Below are positions 1 through 48,318 of a stretch of 64,000 nt of DNA, in pieces. Under the pieces are notes generated by a model, which saw only the letters and a list, made by a program, of their open reading frames with translations, had not been told where the DNA came from and did no database searches. The position numbers and the translations under genes are program-made. The stretch's first letter is position 1, and each line of letters begins with the position of its first letter. Origin of the DNA: Octopus sinensis (Eukaryota); the NCBI RefSeq assembly GCF_006345805.1, contig NC_043007.1, positions 48,050,001-48,114,000 of the forward strand, given 5' to 3'.

Positions 1-65
1 CACAATACATTTTCTATTTATTGTCTTGTTGTTGAAAATTTCACATTATTTGTCTATATTTTCAG

Positions 66-34629
<34,564 letters not shown>

Positions 34630-35334
34630 TAATTTGTATTTTCTATGATTTTACTTCCTCTCTCCTTTCTATATTAACAGCCCATAGGATTGTTCAACCA
34701 TTGTTAGGGTAATCAATGTATTTATATAAAAATAAATGAAGAGTAGGTTTATTGAAGTAAGTTACAAAAGGTAACTAAAGGTAAATAGAAATAAGTTTCC
34801 AGAGATAGATAGGTAAGTAGGTAAACATTTAGATATATGTTTGTCTTCAATGTATTTATAAAAAAGGCATATTTACAATATATGCTTTTTATAACTACAG
34901 CCATCTTACTAGTAGTGTTGGTGCTATGAAAAAGTTCTCAGTGCACTCTGTAAAGTGGTTGACATTTGAAACCATGCCAAAGCAGACATTAGCACAAGAT
35001 GCAGTCTTCTGACTTGCTGGATCCTAACAAATTGTCCAACCCATGGCAGCATAAAAGATGCACTTTAAAGGAGGATTATACATCTCTAAATGTAAAAAGA
35101 AGCAGGGAAAACGTTGCAAGATGCAAACACTATACCTGTTGTAGCTGTATAGCTGTTCTAACCATTACACTTTGGTGTGGTGGTTAGCACAACATTTGAC
35201 TGCCTAACACAATAGACTTAAAGAGAATAGCCATAAAACAAATTAGAGACTTGTCAGTGAGGATCTCAGTGCTCACAGTATTTAAAGTATACTATAATAT
35301 GTAATATAATATAGAAGATGATATATATTATTTC

Positions 35335-36175
35335 AGAGTCATGGCTGTGCAGTAAGAAGCTTGCTTCCCAACCTCGTGGTTCTGGGTTCAGTTCCACTGC
35401 ATGGCACCTTGAGCAAATATCTTCTACTACAGCCTCAGGCCGACCAAAGACTAACAGAAAGAATCCTATTTTATATATTTGTGTGTGCTTGTGTGTGAAT
35501 GTGTGTGTGCTTGTCCTTGTGTCTGTGTTTGTCTCCCACCTCCAATTGACAATTGGTGTTAGTATGTTTACATCCCCATAACTTGGCAGTTTGGCAAAAG
35601 AGACCAATAAAATAAGTACTAGGCTTTAAAAAAGTAAATAAGTACTGGTCTCGATTCATTTGACTAAAACTTTTTCAAGGCACTGCCCCATCATTGCCCT
35701 AGGCTAATGAATGAAACAAGTAAGAGATGAAAGATAAAAGAATAGAATAGAAAATGAAAAGTATAATTCATTAACAAATTACTTTTACGACAGGAACCAA
35801 AATGTCCAGATGAAATTTTTGATATTTTGATACAGACAATGTACTGCATGTACACAGTAACTGAAATTGGGCAATAATTTTTGCAGAACAGCCAAAGATA
35901 TGCAAAAGACATGTACAGATAGGAATATTTGAAATTCATTTAAAAGTATATACTCTTTTACTGTTTTACTTGTTTCAGTCATTTGACTGCGGCCATGATG
36001 GAGCACTGCCTTTAGTCGAGTAAATCGACCCCAGGACTTATTCTTTGTAAGCCTAGTACTTATTTTATCGGACCCTTTTGCCGAACCGCTAAGTTACAGG
36101 GACGTAAACACACTAGCATCAGTTGTCAAGCGATGTTAGGGGGAGAAGCACAAACACACAGACATATACACACAC

Positions 36176-36216
<41 letters not shown>

Positions 36217-36372
36217 TACGACAGGCTTCTTTCAGTTTCCGTCTACCAAATCCACTCACAAAGCTTTGGTTGGCCCGAAGCTATAGTAGAAGACACTTGT
36301 CCAAGGTGTCACGCAGTGGGACTGAACCCGGAACCATGTAGTTCATATGCAAGCTACTTACCACACAGCCAC
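35335..36372. mobile_element. Two octopus-type SINEs (35335-35745 +, 35950-36372 -)
   Basis: Same head and tail as 6113-6970; the second copy is close to an apparently intact form. Confidence 0.75.
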
Positions 36373-36835
36373 TGAAAGAACGTATATGGAAGAATTCCAG
36401 TTGTTTATGGCTGTTTCTTAAGTTATATACCAAAGATATTGCCCGTATAATTAACAAAGTAGATAAGCAAAGAAATAACTCTGCCATTAGCGGGGTCTAT
36501 ATAGTCTGTATAGTTATTTGAATGTCTACTAATGTTTATATAAAGCAAATAAGCAACAAATATATTGCAAAAGTTTTGGCTCACACGTGGAGTAGTTGAA
36601 ACAGGGACAACTGAAGAAGGAGAATATTCTTTATGTTGTATGTTTCGTTTCTCTGGGGGTTTTTTCCGCTGTTCAAAAATTTCGTTTCTATGTTTTTGTT
36701 TTTATGTTTTCGTTCCTCATTGTGTTCAACGTTTTTTTGATGTCCTGTACCCATATATGCATGTATATATACATATATATGTAGGTATGTACATATATGT
36801 TTGTATATATACATATATTTATATATTATTTATGT

Positions 36836-36872
<37 letters not shown>

Positions 36873-37510
36873 CATACAGTAGGAACCATTTAAATAATTT
36901 ATTGACAATGTTATCAAGTCATTATTGCAATCAAAATTAGTGGGTTGTAAATACAGCCAAAGTTTAATTATATTTCAGTTAGTTATCTAAGCATTCTATC
37001 CCAAAGCGATTATAGTAAAAGTTAATAATATACATGCGTACCTATATACATACATGTTTACATGTGTGTGTTTGTGTATATAATATGTAAATTTATAAAT
37101 ATGCATACAAATATGCATATATATATAATATATACATAAACGCACACACACATACTCGCACATGCACACACACACACATATATATACACACACATATATA
37201 TATGTGTATGTATGTATGTATGTATGTATGTATGTATGTATGTATGTATGTATGTATGCATGTATGTATTTATATATGTCTGATTAGGTATTCAGTGATA
37301 TAAACAGAAAAGTTTTTTTTCAGCTAAACTGGCGTTATCTCAATATTTTCAGCCAGTCTAATCACTCACAACAATTCACTATGAAACAATATTCTGTTGT
37401 TAACAATGTTACCATGTCTTGTCTTATTCACCTTTTCCTACTTCTATTTTCCTCTGTATTACCTTCATTTTCACTCTGATTTCTCTTTTGCTCTCCTTTT
37501 CTCTCTCCAG

Positions 37511-37562
<52 letters not shown>

Positions 37563-38500
37563 TACATATATATATTTATATTGCAAATAACTTGCAAATT
37601 TAAATGCTATCTGTTGGAAGCTCTGCATATTGGATGCTAACAAGTTTATGGTGTCATCAGGAGAGAATGTGTGCCATTTTGGGGCCTTCCTCTCAATGGC
37701 ATCATTGCACCCCAATCCCCTTCACTGAACTGAGGTCCCACTTGCTAGATCAACAGGTTATTAGATTTTGCTCAATTTTCTTCTAGCCATTGCTCTTTGT
37801 CTCTTTTTAAGCAAATCCAGTGGCTTGCCATCTCCACTGTGGTTTGGATATCACTCATGGTGGTATTTGCCTTAGAATGAGTTAGCCTTGGTGACAACAA
37901 TAGCCTCACACCGTGTCCAATGGATCCTCTACTTTCAACTGCGCTTGGAAAATGCTCGGCTTTACAGCCTGTGTCTTCATATTCTTCAAGGAAGCTTTTA
38001 TAATGGCTGATCTTTCAACCCCAAGTTAATATTCATTTCATTTATAAATGGAATGGGAAAGAATCCTTGGCACCCATGAAAATCTGCAGCCACCTTCCAA
38101 GGAAGTTTCTTCTTCTTCAAAAGGATCTACTGTCCTGAATGTAGAAAGGTAATGAAACCTGTTTGATTTCTTCAGTGGTTTTTCTCCACTGTTGATGAAA
38201 TCAACTTTGTTCCTTATAACATTGAAGATGACCTTAAGGATGAGATTGCATCTCCATGTATATCGATTCAATAGCAGCAGTTGAAAAGAATATATTTCAG
38301 TGTTCTGACATATCCTCATCTGCATTTCTCATTCTTTGGTACATTCCATCATACTAGGTTTGTAGACAATGGCAAAACATCATAGGAGGAATGAATCTGA
38401 AAACTTAGAAGTGATTTAGTCCACATCCATATTTCATTTTTCCATTTTTCTCTCAACTATGTGATTCTCTTATCTTGTTATCTGTCCTTGAGAGCATTGT

Positions 38501-38549
<49 letters not shown>

Positions 38550-38580
38550 TGATGATGATGATGATAATGATGATATATAT

Positions 38581-38695
38581 ATATATAGAAAATAGTAAAA
38601 AAAACTACAGAAGGCTTGTTTTAAAAGGTTAAAACCTTTAACCTTTTAAAACAAGCCTTCCTTAGTTTTTTCACTTTTTACTATTTTCTATATAT
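38581..38695. repeat. Fold-back inverted repeat 1 (about 55-bp arms)
   Basis: atatatagaaaatagtaaaa...gaaggcttgttttaaaaggttaaa / tttaaccttttaaaacaagccttc...ttttactattttctatatat. Confidence 0.9.
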
Positions 38696-38833
38696 TCAAC
38701 CACGTGCTTTCACACACCAACTTTCTCACTTATATATACATATATATATATACATGTATATATACATATATGTGCACACATACATATGCACGCACACACA
38801 TACATATATATATACATGCATATATATGTATGA

Positions 38834-38892
<59 letters not shown>

Positions 38893-38897
<5 letters not shown>

Positions 38898-39114
38898 GTA
38901 ATATGTGACAATTATTCGGTAGCCAATATAAAACTCCAAGTTTCGGATGCCAGGGTGGAAATCCACACCACACCATCATCTCTTCGGTTATCCAGCCCCT
39001 GAAGAGATGGATGACTGAAGATAACTGAAGAGATGGCGGCATGGATTCCCACCCCGGCATCCGAAACTTGGAGTTTTATCTTGGCTACCAAATAATTGTC
39101 ACATATTACATTTA
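38893..39114. repeat. Fold-back inverted repeat 2, PLE pseudo-LTR-like
   Basis: taaatgtaatatgtgacaattatt...ccaagtttcggatgcc / ggcatccgaaacttgg...aataattgtcacatattacattta; about 95-bp arms with few mismatches. Confidence 0.9.
39018..39082 (+). ncRNA. Putative minimal type I hammerhead ribozyme
   Basis: Stem I AAGAUAA (39018-24) pairs with UUAUCUU (39076-82); core CUGAAGA (39025-31); stem II GAUG..CAUC(C); GAAAC (39063-67); very short stem III; GUU cleavage triplet (39073-75). Confidence 0.65.
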
Positions 39115-39251
39115 CAGATAAATTCTTCTATTTACATAATATCGAGGTCTTTTTCATTCTTTTGTTGTTTTACCATTTCTATCAATATATATATATATAT
39201 CTTGAGAAAAAAGTCGTCAGAAATTTGGGAAAAAACATCTTCTTATTATTT

Positions 39252-39461
39252 CATTATCGTTAGCACTTTCGTTTCTTTCTCAAACTTATCAAATAAAATT
39301 TTGTGAATGTACAAACAGCTTGTTCATTTATATAAAACAGATTATTTTGGTGTGGGGGAAACCCCAAAAATCATCTGTCTTATATAAATGAACAAGCTGT
39401 CTGTACTTTCACAAAATTTTATTTGACAAGATCAAGAAAGAAATGAAAGTGCTAATAATGA
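39252..39461. repeat. Fold-back inverted repeat 3 (about 100-bp arms)
   Basis: tcattatcgttagcactttc...cagcttgttcatttatataa / ttatataaatgaacaagctg...gaaagtgctaataatga. Confidence 0.9.
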
Positions 39462-39499
39462 ATGTCAAACATCTCAAGTCATATACAATATCATTATCG

Positions 39500-39996
39500 G
39501 AAGAAATTCAAAATCTTACAGCTGGGATATCCCCGAATATGGGATAAATAAGGGAAACAATATGGAAAATGAGAATGTATATAACCATTAGATGACAACA
39601 TAGAGGAAGGGAGTAGAAGAATGAGGAGATGGAAAGAGAGAAGAAAAAAGAAACATAAAAGTTCATTATTTAACTTTCTGAAGTTATAGAAACCAGAGCA
39701 TGAGTCCTTAGGTGAAATCCTGCATAAAGACTTACGCTCATGGATCTATGCAGGATTGCACCTAAGGACTCATGGTCTGGTTTCTATAACGTCGGAAAGT
39801 TGAATTATGAACTTTTGTGCTTCTTCTTTCTTCTCTCTTTCCATCCCCTCATTCATTTACTCCCTTCCTCTACGTTGTCATCTTATGGATGTATACATTA
39901 TCATTTTCCATATTGTTTCCCTTATTTATCTCTGATGATGGAATATCCCATACTCAGGGATATCTCGGTAACAGCTGTAAGATTTTGAATTTCTTC
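39500..39996. repeat. Fold-back inverted repeat 4 (about 230-bp arms), PLE pseudo-LTR-like
   Basis: gaagaaattcaaaatcttacagctg...catgagtccttaggtg / cacctaaggactcatg...cagctgtaagattttgaatttcttc. Confidence 0.9.
39928..39983 (+). ncRNA. Degenerate type I hammerhead motif with palindromic stem-III loop
   Basis: AUCU-CUGAUGA-stem II (AUAUCCC/GGGAUAU)-GGUAAC (GAAAC mutated)-AGCU-GUA-AGAU. Confidence 0.5.
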
Positions 39997-40069
39997 TTAT
40001 AATGGTATTGTATATGACTTGAGATGTTTGCCTTACTTTAATGTTTGATGTCATGTTTAACAATTATAT

Positions 40070-41200
<1,131 letters not shown>

Positions 41201-41807
41201 ACCGTGATCACCGTGACCGACCAGGCCATCAGATGTTGTTACACATCGCTGGTCACAATGCGCTTCGCATTGTTTTAGCCTTCAAGTGACGCCACCCCGC
41301 TGGCTAAGTGAGCAGGCCAATAGAAGAAAGAGTGAGAGAAAGTTGTGATGAAAGAGTACAGCAAGGATCGCCACCACCCCCTGCCGGAGCCGCGTGGAGC
41401 TTTAGGTGTTTTCGTTCGATAAACACTGGGAGAATCGTTAGCATGCTGAGCAAAGTGCTTAGCGGCATTTCGCCTGTCTTTACGTTCCAAGTTCAAATTC
41501 TGCTGAGGTCGACTTTGTCTTTTATCTTTTTGTGGTCGATAAATTAAGTATCAGTCCCCTCTCCCCAAATTTCGGACTTTGTGCTTTCACTAGAAAGGAT
41601 TGAGCACTGTATACAACAATTTCTTTCATATATCATGATGATATGTGCATGGATATATAATATTGGAAAAATTAATTCAGATGAAATGCTAATAATTATC
41701 ATTGTTACCTTTAATCAATTGTATTCCTATCCCCAGCACTTATATAGCTACACATAAGACACATGACTTTGATAACAAGGAAAATGTGTGTACACATGCA
41801 TAGATGC

Positions 41808-44800
41808 AGAGATGTGAGTTACCACGCCCCCTTGCAAGAGATAGACTACTCCAAGTAAAGTATAAATGGTAACAATCCAAGTGAGTTCATAAATTCAAAA
41901 TGCGGAGTTGAGAGAAGTTCGTGTTAGTTCACAGTGAAGTCAGAAGGTGTCAGTTGGTTAGTCCACAAGGAATATCGATTGAGGGTTCATAGAGAGATTT
42001 GTTAGTTCGTTACATTGTTGTTACAGTTTGTCTGGTTATCTTATTTATTGTGTGTAACAATTACGTTACAACATCTGGCGAGGAGGGTTTCGAAGCTCAC
42101 ATAGGTTATTTAACAATTTGTTCGTGATACAACTTATTAAATAATCTTTTCCACTCTAAGCACAAAGCCCAAAATTTTTGAGGAGGGAGCCAGTCGATTA
42201 GATCGACCCCACTATGTAACTGGTACTTAACTTATCTACCTCGAAAGGATGAAAGGCAAAGTCGACCTCAGCAGACTTTGAACTCAGAATGTAAAGACAG
42301 ACGAAATACTACAAAGCATTTCGCCTGGCATGCTAAGGTTTCTGCTAGCTTGCCGCCTTGCAACTTGTTAAACAATGGAAGCCCTATTAGCTTCCAAAGG
42401 TCGGTTACAAAAGCATCAACAAGAGCAGCAAGAGGAGTTGCAGAAGCAATTATTATAGCAACAACTACAACAACAGCAATTACTGGAGCTATATTCAAAG
42501 AAGTCCAAAAATGAGATAAGTTCGTTTTCGCCAGACAGCGTTTCGAACTCTATTAATGAATTCAGTTATAACCCAGAGGAGGGTATAACTTTCGCATCGT
42601 ACAACAGAAGGTACGAGGAGATTTTTTAAAAAGATTGCAAATCATGATCGGACGAACAAAAAATGAGATTGTTATTGTGAAAATTAGCTTCGTTAGTACG
42701 TGAAAATTACTGAAATTTCATATTGTCCAAATAACCCAATGAAATTTATTTTAAAGAAACAATAGAATTGCTGTCTAATGTATTCGGTGAAAAAACTTCA
42801 CTATTTAACACTCGAAGAGAGTGTTGGAATATAACGTAAAAAGAAAATGTTGATTTTATCGCATACGCCAGGACAGTCAACAGGATGTGTGAAAGTTTTA
42901 AACTCAAAGAACTTACACCTGAGACGTTCAAGTGTCTTATTTTCGTACAAGGCCTTACAGCAAGAGAAGATACAGAAATTCAGGCAAGAATTTTTTCTAA
43001 ATTGCAACAAGCGAACCAAGATCTAATTTTACAGTCTGTGGCAAAAGAATGCCGAAGGATGGTAAACCTGAAACATGATGTGGAAAAAATTCAAGAAAAG
43101 GACTCCTCAAAAGTACAGATATACTAACTGGAAAAGTACAACCAAAAAGAGCACCACGTCCTAAACCATGTTATGGATGTGGAGGGGGAGGCATACATTT
43201 CAGAAAAGACTGTCTATTTAAAATCAAAAATGTTACAGTTACAAAAGAATTGATCACATGAGTTCACACTGCAAAACAAAATTATGAAGGTAAAATGTTA
43301 AAAATCCCAGAGTGCTCCAGCAGAAGCAAAAATCAACTCCCAAATACCAAAATTCATACACAGAAAAATAAATGAAATATATATTAAACTTCTGTTGGAT
43401 ACTGGAAGTGATATTTCAATAACAAATATGGACATACGAAGAAAATAAGGAAACCTATATGAGGGGAAAACCGTGAAATTTGTTCGTAGTGTGACGAGTG
43501 ACAAATTATATTTCATAGGCAAAATGTAGACTAACGTCACATTTCGAGAGAAAACATGCAAGGCGAAAGTCTTCATTGTTAAAAATGCAACTGATATGTT
43601 GAGTACTGATTGGTCAGAATTATTCAATTTATGAGGCCCCCCCATAAATCTCTATTGTAAAAACGTTAATGGGTGTCCCTCTAAAAGTAATTTGTCTGAA
43701 GAGAAAATTTTTAAATGTTTCCGCAAGTACTCTCGGACAAACTAGGTTTATGCACAGAAACTGAAGCGCGTTTTGAATTAGTTGATAACGGTACACCTGT
43801 GTCCCAGCCTAATAGGAAAGTGCCTTTTGCAGCAATAAAGCAAGTGGATAATGGGCAGGACAGATTTGAAAAAAAACGGAATCATTGAAAAAGTAGACTA
43901 CGTGAAATGGGCAGCTCCGACTATATGTATAAAAAATAAAAAAATAAAAGCACTGCCAGTAAAATACCAATCGTGGCCAGAGACTGAGAGCCCATGGTCC
44001 AGGATACATATCGACTACGTTGGATCAGTGAAGCTAGAAACAAGCTAAGATAATGCCGAGATACCAATGAAATTTTTGTGAGTATAAAGAATAACACCAA
44101 ATCCAAATACTAATTCAGGAAAGTCACCAGCAGAGTTAATGTTCATGTATAAAATAAAACTGATCTTCGATAAATTATTGCAAGGAAAAATACATATAAG
44201 GCAAAGACAAAAAATACATTTGAAGGAAATACAAGAAATATTACAAAATATTTCGAAGTAGGAGATAAAGTTCATTTTAAAAATTATAAAAATGGTAAAG
44301 AAGATTGGGTGGATGGCTGTGTAATCAAAAGGTTAGGTAACATGATGTATTTAATTAAAGGACAATGTTCAGAACATAAGGGAAACTTTAACCAGTGAAA
44401 GATGAGACATACAGAAGAACAAAGGATAATGCCAATGGAAGTCTTCTATGATATGTTTGAAGTGCCAGCACCAAGAAATATTGAACCCCATAGAACTAGC
44501 TTCAGAAAACGAAAACAGATTGAATATCTGGAAGTAATACTTAAACGAAAAAGGTATTAAATAAAAAAAAACAAGAGTGCTTAATACAACGAAAAGCAAA
44601 ATGCTGTGTGCAACGGACAATACTACCTTAAAAGTCGGGCAACAATTAAAATGCAGCAGTTAAAACAAAGTGTGAGAGGTGCTGGAAAGAAAATAAGAAA
44701 AAAATTTTTAATTCCACTTTCTCACAGTTGTCGAAATCTCAAAAGGGGAGATATTGTGATGAGAGTTATGATGCCTCCTTGTGAGAAATAGACTGCTCCA

Positions 44801-45015
44801 AATAAACTATGAATAATAATGATCTGAGTGAGTTCATATGTTCAGAGTTCAGAGTTGAGTGAAGTTCGTGTTAGTTTGCAGTGAAGTTGGAAGGTGTCAG
44901 TTGGTTAGTTCACAAGGAATATTGATTGTTGGTTCGTAAAGAGATTTGTTAGATTGTTACATTGTTGTTTCTGTTGTCTGGTTATCTTATTTATTGTAAC
45001 AATTATGTTACAACA
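41808..45015 (+). mobile_element. Internally deleted Ty3/gypsy LTR retrotransposon
   Basis: LTRs at about 41808-42073 and 44755-45015, both ending ttacaaca. PBS TGGCGAGGAG at 42076; PPT aaaaggggag at 44741. Decayed gag (FKCLIFVQGL, CYGCGG..HFRKDC), protease (LLLDTGSDIS), the start of RT (WAAPTIC) joined to an integrase piece (PWSRIHIDY). Confidence 0.85.
42150..42360 (-). mobile_element. CORE-like SINE inserted in the gypsy leader (family also at about 355-480, 5080-5210, 13330-13460, 20995-21120, 41430-41600, 57470-57665)
   Basis: aaggatgaaaggcaaagtcgacctc...tttgaactcagaatgtaaag block recurs in both orientations. Confidence 0.7.
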
Positions 45016-48000
45016 GATGTATAGAGAATTTCAAACTAAACATTAGTTTGAAACTTTGGGCAAAGCCAGCAATTTTAGGGAAAGGGGTACATTAACCTTA
45101 GTGGTCAACTGGTACTATTTTATTGGCAACAGAGTCTGATAGAATAAGTATTAAGCTTAAAAAGAAAAGTACTGGCTTCAATTCGTTCAATTAAAAATTC
45201 TTCAAGGCAGTGCCCGAGCCTGGCTGCAGTCTAATGACTGAAACAAGTTAAAGATAAAAGTTATATGTGTGTGTGTAATGTAAACAGTTACACATTTCAC
45301 AGAAAACTGAGACAAGTGTAACAAACAAACAAGCAAAATTATTGGTCTAGGCTGTCTTCCAGAACGTTTCTTTCAAAATGGAATGCTAGCATCAAACAGA
45401 ATAAGAAGTAGTTTCCTAGTTTCCATGCATCATGATTTTGTCTTCTTGCCAATTGCTGAAGACATTCAAAGACTCATAAGCATTACTCTTCTTCAAAATT
45501 ATTAAAAAAATGTAATAAAATACTGATAATAACTTACTCTTTTAAGGAAAATTACCAAAAGATTCTTATAGTGCTAATTATTATGGTATAGGGCATGTTA
45601 GTGTGTAAACTTATGCATCAGTAGATCTTTTGTTTTTATTTATAGCACAATGAATGACAGCTGTGTATCATTTATGACCATGTGACAGGAGGAACTTTGC
45701 TCATCAACAATTAGTACAAATGACTATCTCCATGATTCTTAAACTGGAGTCATAGTGTACTTCCATGGGGAATGGGGTTAATGGTTATGATTAAATAATG
45801 GTGTAACTTTGACCAGAACTGTACTTATCAAGGGGGTTCTTTAACGCTAGTTTCCTAGATCAGAGGAATGGTATAGCCAATAGATCTGAGCAAGACATTG
45901 GCTGCAGGGATTGCCAAGAAAAAACTTGATGAGGTCTCACTCCATTTGTTTGGTGAAGGGCTATTGACTCCGTGTTAAGTTCATCCACCCTTGTAGACAG
46001 GTATGGTTTATTTATCTGGTCATGATGCCACCACCACCAGTATCATCATCATCATGCCAGTTTAGTCACAAATGGACCAACCATAAAACAGATAGTGCTC
46101 ATCCACATGGTTACCAGCAACAGACCAATTTTGATCCGATCTGACAACAGCACAATATACTCCATCAAACGAGATAAGAATTTTGTATCTGCACAGGAAG
46201 AATTCAAAAGCATGAATAAATCAAAGATCAAAAGGGAAACAGAAAGGAGTATTTAAGTGGGGAAGGAAGTATCCAATATTATGGAGCAGGGGCTATCTTA
46301 GTAACAGTAAAAGAGACAGAGAGAGAGGGAGATGTGGAGTGGTTGTTGTTATTTCTAAACCCAAGTCAGTCCTAACTGAGCAAGCTAACAATCAAAGGAT
46401 TTTCAACCATGACCATCTTGTATTTTTTATATATCAACAAGTACATTGTTCAATGTATCATTCTTTTCATAACAAAGTGTGATTTGAGGAAAATTTCGTT
46501 GCCATCTTTACCAGATCAACCAAACACCAAAAGGATCCCAGAGAAGATTTATCTAACAGTCAGATGGCCTTTTTTTATATGTAAGATGTACCATCCCAGA
46601 GTAGATCTGTTGAGGATCAACAACTAATAAAAGAAATAGATCTTTCTAGTTGTAAAAATGAAACCTAATATTTAAATAACCAACAATTAGTTAAATATAT
46701 GTGTAGTCACTATAAACAACCATATAATAATTGGGGGGATAGGTAAATTACAGATGATCACTTCAGCAACACTTCATACATGAATCTGACTAGCAAAGTG
46801 TTCAAATATCAGTATAAGGGTTAGAATTTTTTTTTAATAACCAAATAATGATTAGTTATACTTCTTTTAATTATTAAAGGAGCACTCCACCAATCCAAAG
46901 AATGCGTATCATATTGGTATATTATAATCCTCACAGAGTGAATAATAAAATAATTTAAGTGAGGAAAAGGGAAGTCAAGTCAATGTTACATATGTTTCAG
47001 AGGACATGCTATTTATTTCACACCAAGTTATACAATTTATGTAATAAATTTAGAGTTCATTCACTTCATCAGACATTATAATTTGATTCACAACCAACTT
47101 ATGGAATAAAATTACAAGTATAAGATTTTTATTGCTTATACATACATACACACACACACACACACACTTGACATTCTGTTGTGTGAATGTTGCTCAATAT
47201 GTGTAGTGGCTGTGTCTTGATTTTGTTAAAGGTGACTACTTTGTCATGTCTATTGTTAATCATTGTTTTATATGTCTGTGTACTGAGAAATAATACAGCT
47301 CTAGTTTGTTTTATCAAAACACACAACAAACTAATCAGTGTAATGTATAGAAACTCCATGAAACATTATCCATCTGTTGTTGAGTAGATTAAATGCTCAG
47401 CTATTTTCTTTTTGCTTTAATAGATTGTATTGGATGAATACATGATATAAGAGGATAAATCAGTTGTGAAACTGATTGCTTTATCTTATATATTTCTCCA
47501 TTCTCTAGGTGCTGCATAGCATTGTAAAGGGACCACATTGTCAACGTTACCAGCAACTTCTTTTAGCAGTTAATTTAAACAAATATTTGCTACAGATGTA
47601 ATTCGATCTGAATAAAATCAATCAAATCTTGGCTTGCAAACCTCTTTTGTCTGATGATTCCTATTTTTTGAAACTTTATTGTTTATTGATTATTGACCTG
47701 TTTTGCTGTTTTACATCTACCTTACCATTTGATGGATCATAGAAAATTATACATTTGCATATCACTGGAGCAATGTCTTTTACAGCTGGTTGTCCTTTCT
47801 GCAAATTACTGACTCACTTGGAGAAGGTGTAGAGACTGTCAGTCAAACAGAACTAAATCACATAAAATTATGTCACCGTGACTACAGACACAAAAGAATA
47901 ATTGTACAGCCTTCATAAGGTTTGAACTCACGACATATTGATCAATAGTTCAACATCTTAAGTTCACATCTCAATATAATTATGCACATCTCCATATAAT

Positions 48001-48318
48001 TATTAGATTATTAAATCATAATAACAAATATTTTATAATATAGTAAGATTGACATGATACATCTTCCTCCATCTTTCTTTATTCTATCTCTCCTATTCTT
48101 TACTATTATACTCTCTTTCTCTTCCTCTCTCTATATATATGTATGTGGGGGTTTTATATATATGGATCTATCTGGAGGATTATCTGTTTCTCTCCCTCTT
48201 CCTTTTCTTCTAAGTCTTCCATCTGTCTTCACCTTATCTATTTCACTTCACTTCAAACTTCTATTGCAATTTTATATAATTTATTTTATGTAAATTTTAT
48301 TTTTCTTCATCTATTAAG

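Noticed and set aside
46999-47050. Other phase-1 terminal-exon candidates (about 47000 and about 45643)
   Set aside because: Weak or ambiguous acceptors; expected by chance in AT-rich intron.
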